A stretch of 64,000 nt of DNA from Patescibacteria group bacterium UBA926. Its GTDB lineage: Bacteria > Patescibacteriota > Doudnabacteria > UBA920. The stretch lies in NCBI GenBank assembly GCA_002293685.1, contig DBDS01000006.1:20187-84186 (forward strand). The letters are read 5' to 3'. The position numbers and the translations under genes were made by a program. The first letter of the stretch is position 1. Every line of letters starts with the position of its first letter. Below the pieces are notes generated by a model. The model saw only the letters and a list, made by a program, of their open reading frames with translations, had not been told where the DNA came from and did not search any database. Of the stretch, positions 56,437 to 64,000 are shown piece by piece.

Positions 56437-58233
56437 CTAAAGGCTTCTGTTTTTAATTTTGTCTGAAAGAGTTTGTGCGAATTCGGCGATTGGAATTACT
56501 CCAAGGTCTTGATCGCCGCGGCCGCGAACCGCAACTTTGTTGTCAGCCGCTTCTTTGTCACCGACTACAAGTAAGTAAGGAACTTTTTGTGAAGCTGCTT
56601 CTCGAATTCGCTTACCGACGGATTCGGAACGAATATCGATTTCTATGCGAAGCTTTGGAATGACTGCTTTTAATTCTGCAACCACTTGTTCGGCATAAGC
56701 TGCGTGTTTGTCTGAAATCGGTAACACAACCGCTTGTATTGGTGATAACCAAACAGGGAAGTTACCGGCAAAGTGTTCAATCAGGAAACCAATAAATCGT
56801 TCGTGAGTTCCAAGCGGGGCACGGTGAATGACGGCTGGGGTTTTGCGTTGTCCGTCTTGGTCGATGTATTCGAGTTCAAATCGTTTACCCATGAACAAAT
56901 CGAGTTGGTTGGTAGAGGCAGTGAAAGAACGGCCAATTGAAGAGTAGATTTGAAAATCCATTTTTGGTCCGTAAAACGCCGCGCCTTCATTTACAACTTT
57001 GTAAGGCACACCGGAAAGCTCCATAGCTTCGATGGTCATCTTTTCGGCATCAACCCAATCCTGTTCATCGCCATGGTACTTATCCATATTATTTGGATCG
57101 CGCAATGCTAATTCCATTTCGTATTCGGTGATTCCTAAAGTTTTGTAGTAGTATTCGTGAAGTTTAATTACTTTCACAAATTCTTCAACAGCATTTTCTT
57201 TTTGCACATAAATATGAGCATCATTCATTTGCATACCTCGAACCCGCATCAATCCAAACAAACTTCCAGAATCTTCATATCGATGGCACCAGCCATATTC
57301 AGCTAATCGTACTGGTAATTCCCGGTAACTCTTAGGACGAGCTGCAAAAGTTTTGTGATGAAACGGACAATTCATTGGCTTGATGTAATAGTTATCATCT
57401 TCAATTTGTAAAGGCGAGTACATACTGTCTTTGTAAAGTGGTAAGTGCCCGGAAGTGTAAAACAAATCTTGCTTAGTGATGATCGGAGTGGTTACTCTTT
57501 GATAACCCCATTCAGTTTCTGTGTCTTTCGCCCAGTTTTCCAGCTCTTCTTTAATGATATTTCCTTTAGGTAGCCAGATTGGTAAGCCTTTACCGATTGA
57601 TTCGTCGAAGTGGAATAAATCTAATTCTTCACCTAGTTTTCGGTGATCACGCTTTTTTGCTTCTTCCAGCATTGCTAAATGTTTTTCTAAATCGGCTTTG
57701 GTTTCAAAAGCTAAGCCATAGATGCGGGTCATCATTGGATTTTTTTCATCACCGCGCCAGTAAGCCCCAGCGATTTTTTCCAACATAAAAGCATCTACAT
57801 TTAGCTCTGTGGTATTTTCAACATGGCCACCCCGGCAAAGATCAATGAAGTCGCCAGTTTGATATAGGGAAACTTTTCCGTCTGAACTTTCAACTTCTTC
57901 CGATTGCTCGTGTAATTTAGTGCTACCGAATTTTTCGATATCATTAATTAGTTCAACTTTAAATGGTTGATGGCGTTGTTCAAAAAAACTTTTAGCTTCC
58001 GCAAAATTCATCTCTTGTCGCTCAAAACCTAGATTAGCTTTCGCTAATTCCTTCATACGAGCTTCGAGTACAGGTAAGTCTTCAGGAGAAAGTGAGGTAG
58101 GTAACACAAAATCATAGTAAAAACCGTTTTCGATTGCCGGCCCAACACCTAGCTTGGCATCGGGAAATTTTTCTAACACAGCTGCCGCAAGAAGATGGGC
58201 GAGTGAGTGCTGTTTGTTTGCGAGGTCGGTCAT
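56437..58233 (-). CDS. thrS: Threonine--tRNA ligase
   Basis: HSLAHLLA.AV, GFYYDF, DLCRGGH, RDHRKLG, KPMNCP.H, GL.RVR, AFYGPK.D, IHRA.LG..ERF. Confidence 0.97.
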   Translation of the reverse strand: MTDLANKQHSLAHLLAAAVLEKFPDAKLGVGPAIENGFYYDFVLPTSLSPEDLPVLEARMKELAKANLGFERQEMNFAEAKSFFEQRHQPFKVELINDIEKFGSTKLHEQSEEVESSDGKVSLYQTGDFIDLCRGGHVENTTELNVDAFMLEKIAGAYWRGDEKNPMMTRIYGLAFETKADLEKHLAMLEEAKKRDHRKLGEELDLFHFDESIGKGLPIWLPKGNIIKEELENWAKDTETEWGYQRVTTPIITKQDLFYTSGHLPLYKDSMYSPLQIEDDNYYIKPMNCPFHHKTFAARPKSYRELPVRLAEYGWCHRYEDSGSLFGLMRVRGMQMNDAHIYVQKENAVEEFVKVIKLHEYYYKTLGITEYEMELALRDPNNMDKYHGDEQDWVDAEKMTIEAMELSGVPYKVVNEGAAFYGPKMDFQIYSSIGRSFTASTNQLDLFMGKRFELEYIDQDGQRKTPAVIHRAPLGTHERFIGFLIEHFAGNFPVWLSPIQAVVLPISDKHAAYAEQVVAELKAVIPKLRIEIDIRSESVGKRIREAASQKVPYLLVVGDKEAADNKVAVRGRGDQDLGVIPIAEFAQTLSDKIKNRSL

Positions 58234-58266
58234 ATTGAGTTATAACTTAATTGTAAGGAGGAATTT

Positions 58267-58482
58267 ATGAAACGAGTAGTAGTTTATTTTGGTTATGGGT
58301 TTGTGTTTCTCTTAGTTATCTTGTGGCAAGTTAATTCGTTGTTTGTGCTAACAGATATATTCGGCAAGGAATTTAACTTCAAAGCCGTATTGGGTGCAAT
58401 CCTTGTTGTGGATATCGTATGCCTCGTAACTCATCTGTGGGAGTCTAGAGCTGAGAATAAAAATAACCCCAGAAAACATTGA
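58267..58482 (+). CDS. Small 2-TM membrane protein
   Basis: Strong AAGGAGG upstream, two hydrophobic helices; divergent from thrS. Confidence 0.55.
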   Translation: MKRVVVYFGYGFVFLLVILWQVNSLFVLTDIFGKEFNFKAVLGAILVVDIVCLVTHLWESRAENKNNPRKH

Positions 58483-58632
58483 TATACATCATTGCTTTCT
58501 GGGGTCTAATTTATTTAGACGATTCCGTCCCAGTTCATCGCGATTGGCGACCTTTTGAAATATAAAATTGATTTAAGCTCAGTGGTTGGTAGCCACTTCA
58601 TCACTTACAATTATTATACATAAATTTGAGAT

Positions 58633-58970
58633 AAAAAAAAGCCCCCGAACATCGATCCGGGGGCGTGTTGGGGATCGTAGAATTTGAGGATTCTACTCGG
58701 TTACCTGACGTTTTGCGTCAGATCTTGATTAACCCTCCTAAGGGTTGTATAAGTGTGGACAAAAACTTTGTAAAAGGCCAGCCGGATCATAGCATGGAGG
58801 GGCTCCCCGACTGGCTAGTGATAAAACTTCGGTTACGAAGTATTTATTGTCGTCTTCAGCCTGAGCTGTAGACTTGGTTATCATACGGTGTATGATTACA
58901 TCCATATAATTTCTTTCATGGCTTGGCTTGGTTCAGTCCAAGTTTTTGTCACGAAAGGTTATGGTTCATC
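58633..58970 (-). ncRNA. Candidate ~340-nt structured ncRNA
   Basis: Promoter TTGACC-17-TAAGAT (59005-58977), 11-bp long-range stem enclosing 5 hairpins, strong terminator 58664-58633. Confidence 0.55.
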
Positions 58971-59005
58971 ACGAACATCTTACCATAATGAACTATGTGG
59001 GTCAA

Positions 59006-62000
59006 CTAAAAATCCATTCGATCATATATCATGCTTACTTCAGGGAGAGCTCGTAGTTGCTGGATTAGCTCCCGAGAAATTCGGACGCTGGACTTGGTTT
59101 TAATCACATTACTGTCAGCACCTGAGCCAACTTGAAGAAATACCGGCGCATTACCAGGATTTGATTCTAATAATTTTTTTATATGATGCAGAGTTTCCTG
59201 ATTTTTGATATCAGGTAGATGAATGGTGAGTTCTTTTTGTTTTTCTAGTTCATTCACAGCCATCAAATACAATTCATCGTTAGGTAAATCCTTTATTTCA
59301 TTAACTAGAACTTTTGGTTCACCATCTTTATATGAAATTTTCCCGGTTACGCGAAGGACACCATCACCATCAAGATAGCCCACAGCCTGTGGCATAACTT
59401 TTGGAAAGATTAGTAATTCAACTGAACCGCTTTTGTCTTCGAATGTAGCGAACGCCATTGGGTCATTCTTTTTTGTAACAGTCCGTTTTGCTTTCGTTAT
59501 GATTCCAGCAATCTCAATCGTTCGATTATCCATAGATTCATTGATCGTGAAAATCCTTGTAAAATCTTTAGTCACTTCATTGTATCTATCCAGAGGATGA
59601 CCAGACACAAACAAACCAAGATGTTCTTTTTCAAATTTCAAAACATCATCCGGTGGAATTGGTGAAGCGGGCTGAAGCTGTAATTTGCCAATCTGAAAAC
59701 TTTTACCAAACAACGAAGTTTGGCCAGAATTATCGTTTTTGAAGTGCTCTCGCAGGAAATCCAGCACGCGATCGGTGCTGGCAAGAAGCACGGCTCTGTC
59801 ACCAAATTTATCTAGGGCACCAGCTTTTACCAAAGCTTCCCAGGATTTCTTGTTAAAATTTTTGCTGTAACTCTTGGTAAGAAAGTCTTCTAAAGATTCA
59901 AAAGTGATACCAGCTTTATGGCAATCGATAATCTTGCGGATTACATCAGAGCCTAAATTTTTAATTGCTCGGAGTCCAAAGCGGATGGTGTTTTCGTCGA
60001 TTACGGTAAACCCACCATAACTTTCGGTTACGTCTGGAGGAAGCACTTGAATGCCTAAATTCCGACATTCTTCGAACGCTGCAAAAATTTTGTCTTCGTC
60101 TCCACTTTCGGCACTCATTAGTGCCGCCATAAACTCTACGGTGTAATTCGCTTTCATGTAAGCGGTTTGGTAAGAGACTTGGCTGTATGAAGCTGCGTGG
60201 GCTTTGTTAAATCCGTAAGCGGCGAACGGTTCGATAAGTGTGAATAGTTCTGCGGCTTTCGTACTGCTCATTCCATTTTGAATACAACCATCGATAAACT
60301 TAACTTTTTGTTTAGCCATTTCGGCAGGGATTTTTTTACCCATGGCTTTACGAAGTTTATCGGCTTCCTCCCAAGTGTAGCCGGCAATCTCGATAGCTGT
60401 AAGTAAGACGTCGTCTTGATAAACGAGTAGACCAAGTGAGCGAGCTAGATAATCTTTCATTCGCTCATCAAAAAATTTAACCAAAGAAGGATTTCGTTTG
60501 CGGGCAATGTATTCGGGAATAATTCCCATTGGTCCTGGGCGATACAGCGCAATCATGGCAGAAATATCAAAAATGCTTGATGGTCTGAGTTCTTTCAGGT
60601 GGCGAGTAATTCCCGAACTGCCCAATTGGAACACACCAAAAGTATGACCTTCGGAAAGTAGCTGATAGGTCTTAGAGTCATCGAGAGGAAGTTTATTAGG
60701 ATTAATCTCGATGTTGTGACGGATTTTAACAAGTTTAATAGCCGCCTCTAAAATACTTAAGTTACGGATACCTAGCAAATCCATTTTGACAACACCAATT
60801 GCGTTACCGTCGGCTCCTACATCTAGCGCGTACATATCGTACTGAGTGATAAGACGATTACCGTCGGGTTCAACTTGAAGGGGTGTGTAATCGGTGAGCG
60901 GTGTTGGAGTGATGGCAAGCGCCGCAGCGTGAATTGATGCGTGACGAACACAGCCTTCCAGCTTTTTGGCGATGTCTATAATTCTTTTTGTCTCGGCGTC
61001 AGTCTTGTAAATTTCTGCTAATTCAGGGTTTTGATCGATGGCTTTATCTAATGTCATCGTAAACCCTTGTTTACCAAGAGGAATCATTTTGGCGATACGA
61101 TCGCACTTCCCGTAAGGAACGGCTAAGGCACGGCCGACGTCGCGCACAACCGCGCGGGCTTTCATTGTTCCGAACGTGATAATTTGGGCAACTTTATCGT
61201 GCCCGTATCTATCTGCTATCCAGCCGATTACTTCGTCTCGCCGGTCGTCGGCAATGTCTAAATCGACATCGGGCGGGGTTGGTCTGGATAGCGTTAAGAA
61301 TCGCTCAAAAGGAAGTTGGTATTCGAGCGGGTCGATAGCACTGATGTTTAGTAGATAGCCAACTATCGAACCTGCTGCGCTACCTCGAGTGTTGGTTAAA
61401 GCTCCTAGTTGATGAGCGCCTGCAACAATATCGGCGACCATCAAAAAGTAAACGGCGAAACCTTTTTGGTTGATTATATTTAGTTCGTAATCGATACGTT
61501 CTTGGATTTCTTTTGTCACACCTCCCTTGTTTGCATAGACTTCCTTTGCGCGTTGATTGGTTTGGTTAGTGAGTTCTTGTTCCGGCGTAATTCCTTCGGG
61601 TAGGGGAATATGAGCAAAGTACCTTTGGTTAATGGGTATTTCGATATCGACTTGATTAGCGATAATTTGTGTACTCTTGATCGCTTCTGGGACGTCGGCA
61701 AACTTTGCAATCATTTCTTCTGGCGTCGAAAGTGATAGATCATGGCCTCTCATATCTAACCGGTTTGGTTCATCGACACTGCGACCTGTACCGACACAAA
61801 CTAGCACGTCTTGGGCTTCGGCATCTTCTTTATGTAAATAATGACAGTCTTGGGTTGCAACCTGACGTACGCCCATTTTGTTACCTAAAGCAATCAGTAA
61901 TTCATTAGGCTGTAATTCTTCATCGTGTAAGCTATTTCGCTGGAGTTCTAAAAAGAAGTTTTCTGTTCCAAAAATTTTAAGATGCTCTGCTAGAGCAGCT

Positions 62001-62461
62001 TCGCCCGCTTGCTCAGAATTTTTTAGACTCCGCGGGACTTGGCCGCGAGGACATCCCGACAAAGCAATTAATCCATCATGGTATTCATTCAACACTTCCA
62101 AATCTAAACGAGGTTTGTAATAAAAACCTTCGGTGTTGGCAATCGTGGTTAATTTCATCAGGTTTTGGTAACCTTGATAATTTTTTGCCAGTAGAGTGAG
62201 GTGATGGTAGTCAGCGTCAATTTTACCTTCTTTCATTTTCATACCTCGCGGAGCGATATAAGCTTCGAGACCTATTATCGGTTTGACCTCATGCTTACGG
62301 CAAGTGTTGTAGAATTCGATTGCTCCGTACATCACGCCGTGATCGGTGAGGGCGAGCGAGCTCATTCCTAAATCTTTTGTGGTCTGCACTAAATCTGAGA
62401 CTTTGGATAAGCCGTCGAGTAGGGAAAAGTGAGAATGGCAGTGAAGGTGAGTAAAAGACAT
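59006..62461 (-). CDS. dnaE: DNA polymerase III alpha subunit
   Basis: HLH.HS.FSLLDG PHP domain, RGSAAGS, FERFL, PDVDLD, K.DLLG, ALYRPGP, YGFNKAHA, OB fold. Confidence 0.97.
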   Translation of the reverse strand: MSFTHLHCHSHFSLLDGLSKVSDLVQTTKDLGMSSLALTDHGVMYGAIEFYNTCRKHEVKPIIGLEAYIAPRGMKMKEGKIDADYHHLTLLAKNYQGYQNLMKLTTIANTEGFYYKPRLDLEVLNEYHDGLIALSGCPRGQVPRSLKNSEQAGEAALAEHLKIFGTENFFLELQRNSLHDEELQPNELLIALGNKMGVRQVATQDCHYLHKEDAEAQDVLVCVGTGRSVDEPNRLDMRGHDLSLSTPEEMIAKFADVPEAIKSTQIIANQVDIEIPINQRYFAHIPLPEGITPEQELTNQTNQRAKEVYANKGGVTKEIQERIDYELNIINQKGFAVYFLMVADIVAGAHQLGALTNTRGSAAGSIVGYLLNISAIDPLEYQLPFERFLTLSRPTPPDVDLDIADDRRDEVIGWIADRYGHDKVAQIITFGTMKARAVVRDVGRALAVPYGKCDRIAKMIPLGKQGFTMTLDKAIDQNPELAEIYKTDAETKRIIDIAKKLEGCVRHASIHAAALAITPTPLTDYTPLQVEPDGNRLITQYDMYALDVGADGNAIGVVKMDLLGIRNLSILEAAIKLVKIRHNIEINPNKLPLDDSKTYQLLSEGHTFGVFQLGSSGITRHLKELRPSSIFDISAMIALYRPGPMGIIPEYIARKRNPSLVKFFDERMKDYLARSLGLLVYQDDVLLTAIEIAGYTWEEADKLRKAMGKKIPAEMAKQKVKFIDGCIQNGMSSTKAAELFTLIEPFAAYGFNKAHAASYSQVSYQTAYMKANYTVEFMAALMSAESGDEDKIFAAFEECRNLGIQVLPPDVTESYGGFTVIDENTIRFGLRAIKNLGSDVIRKIIDCHKAGITFESLEDFLTKSYSKNFNKKSWEALVKAGALDKFGDRAVLLASTDRVLDFLREHFKNDNSGQTSLFGKSFQIGKLQLQPASPIPPDDVLKFEKEHLGLFVSGHPLDRYNEVTKDFTRIFTINESMDNRTIEIAGIITKAKRTVTKKNDPMAFATFEDKSGSVELLIFPKVMPQAVGYLDGDGVLRVTGKISYKDGEPKVLVNEIKDLPNDELYLMAVNELEKQKELTIHLPDIKNQETLHHIKKLLESNPGNAPVFLQVGSGADSNVIKTKSSVRISRELIQQLRALPEVSMIYDRMDF

Positions 62462-62524
62462 TAAATCAACAAACAGGGTTATTTTTGCTATACTAAAATT
62501 ATCATAACATAATCAATTGGTCTC

Positions 62525-63370
62525 ATGTCATTGAAGGATAATTTGCAGGTTGAAGCTCAAAGTGTCGTCGTTGGAGCGAATGAAGGAGTTTGGAAACTTA
62601 AGACTTGGTTCGAGGGATTATTGCGTTGGCAAAGAATTTTGCTGATTATTTTAATAGTACTTATGATTCCTGGATATTTTGCTGTGCGATATGGTTTAGA
62701 GTTAGTTTTAGTACGCCAGTATGCCAGACAAGCACTCGTTGCTCATTCAGCATTCACTGACCCAAATCCGTTAGTTGTTTCCAGAGTAAATATAATTCGA
62801 AATTCAAATGATACCGTTTCTGGTTATCTGACTGTTCGAAATCCAAACTTGGATTTAGGTTTAGATAATGCAAGATACACTATTAATTTTTTAGATAGCG
62901 CTAGTCAAATTGTTTTCACTTCAACAGGTTCTCTGTATTTGCTCCCAGATCAGCAACGTTGGATAGTTGTACCTCGTGTGGAATCTACTAATCAAATTAC
63001 ATCAGCAGAAATTAAGTTCGGTGAACTTAATTGGCAAAAACGTTTAGAGATTCCTCAAGTAGAACTTCGCATGAATGAACCATTTACTTATCAGCAAGAA
63101 AGCCCCTTGGCTACAGTTACTGAAGGAGCGGTGGTCAATAATAGCCCGTATAGTCTTCGACAGGTTTCGTTGGTAGTGGTTTTGTATGGGGCTAATAATC
63201 AGGTGTTAGCTGTCACGTCTAGAGAAGAATATTCATTACAACCTTTTGAACGTCGCGCGTACATTATTCAATGGCCAAATGTGAATCGTTCTGCTATAAC
63301 TCGTATTGGTCTTGAAGCTTATACAAATACTTTAGATCCGACAAATTTAACAGTAGCAACTAATCCGTAA
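62525..63370 (+). CDS. Membrane-anchored extracytoplasmic Ig-like protein
   Basis: One TM; V.NPN, Y...F.D, G.V.N.S, V.LY...V tandem beta-sandwich patterns. Confidence 0.65.
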   Translation: MSLKDNLQVEAQSVVVGANEGVWKLKTWFEGLLRWQRILLIILIVLMIPGYFAVRYGLELVLVRQYARQALVAHSAFTDPNPLVVSRVNIIRNSNDTVSGYLTVRNPNLDLGLDNARYTINFLDSASQIVFTSTGSLYLLPDQQRWIVVPRVESTNQITSAEIKFGELNWQKRLEIPQVELRMNEPFTYQQESPLATVTEGAVVNNSPYSLRQVSLVVVLYGANNQVLAVTSREEYSLQPFERRAYIIQWPNVNRSAITRIGLEAYTNTLDPTNLTVATNP

Positions 63371-63379
63371 TTAACATTG

Positions 63380-64000
63380 ATGCTAGCGTTTCTCAACCGA
63401 CTAAAATTTTACGACCTGCCGCTGCTCATTGTCAGCGGCTTATTACTTACTTCTGGGTTGGCCATTCAATATGCGATTTCGTTATCTGAAGCTGATTTAA
63501 GTGTATTCTATAGACAATCAGTTTACGCGGTTGGTGCGATTGTTGTTTTTATTTTGGTTGCGAATTATAACTATCAGAGATTTTCAAAAATAAATCGTTT
63601 ACTGTATCCGATTCTGCTAGTTGCTTTGTTATATCTTCAAATTTTTGGTGATCCGATCCGGGGTAGTGCTAGTTGGATTGACTTTGGGTTTTTTCAGCTT
63701 CAACCGGCTGAGTTAGCCAAAATTATTATTGGTGTTGGATTAGCACGCTGGTTATATGTGAACCGTGGTCAGATAAATTCTTGGCGCAATTTGGCATTAA
63801 CATTTATTTACGCTGGGTTACCAGCAGGACTTGTTTTCTTTGAACCAGATTTAGGTTCGGCTACTATCTTGATGTCAATTTGGTTTGGCTTGATACTAAT
63901 TAGTCCAATTCGCAGAGTTTATATAATTATTTTATTAGCTATTGCTATAGCTGTTGCTGGGATTGGTTGGCAGTTTGTATTACGCGATTATCAGAAACAA
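63380..64000 (+). CDS. FtsW/RodA/SpoVE SEDS family protein (runs off the window end)
   Basis: Read from the sequence: MLAFLNRLKFYDLPLL...RGSASWIDFGFFQLQPAELAK...EPDLGSA. Confidence 0.88.
   Translation, partial: MLAFLNRLKFYDLPLLIVSGLLLTSGLAIQYAISLSEADLSVFYRQSVYAVGAIVVFILVANYNYQRFSKINRLLYPILLVALLYLQIFGDPIRGSASWIDFGFFQLQPAELAKIIIGVGLARWLYVNRGQINSWRNLALTFIYAGLPAGLVFFEPDLGSATILMSIWFGLILISPIRRVYIIILLAIAIAVAGIGWQFVLRDYQKQ

Noticed and set aside
58633-58970. tmRNA or RNase P RNA
   Set aside because: No GGGG 5' end, T-arm or CCA end; no GAGGAAAGUCC or ACAGAA..CGGCUUA signatures on either strand
58665-59103. Plus-strand ORFs 58665-58871 and 58888-59103
   Set aside because: Antisense to the structured RNA candidate and the dnaE end; no motifs
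2842-62120. Numerous short antisense or overlapping ORFs in the track
   Set aside because: They lie within well-supported genes on the opposite strand or another frame and show no recognisable motifs
49319-62461. Inteins or introns in dnaB and dnaE
   Set aside because: Lengths (462 and 1151 aa) and motif spacing are normal
1-64000. Alternative genetic code (TGA recoded as in Gracilibacteria/SR1)
   Set aside because: Housekeeping genes translate full length under code 11 and some genes end in TGA

Overview
This is a bacterial chromosome segment read with code 11. It looks like a Patescibacteria/CPR genome (inference from gene content: archaeal-type AspRS, tandem adk paralogs, DUF11/PxTG surface protein, mostly SD-less genes). 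Positions 1-12.5 kb are accessory. They hold a CsoR-controlled copper/heavy-metal cluster, a DUF4352-like gene behind a riboswitch-like leader, and a compact integrated element. That element encodes a large serine recombinase, TerL, TerS-like HTH, ParB-methyltransferase and an S24 repressor, with no capsid, portal or tail genes in the window. It carries a TIR + caspase (type IV Thoeris-like) defence pair and ends in a 13-2-13 palindrome followed by a candidate small RNA. The remainder is mostly housekeeping: ppa, rplJ-rplL, lexA, trhO, ABC systems, tRNA-Glu, scpAB, aspS, lgt, recR, dnaB, cysS, adk x2, map, thrS, dnaE and a partial rodA/ftsW. The intergenic DNA is unusually rich. It contains two promoter-to-terminator, hairpin-dense units without long sense ORFs (~620 nt at 44.1-44.7 kb and ~340 nt at 58.6-59.0 kb) that share an AGGAGG hairpin motif, two tRNA-like elements, several REP-like repeats and three sub-60-aa ORFs missing from the ORF track.
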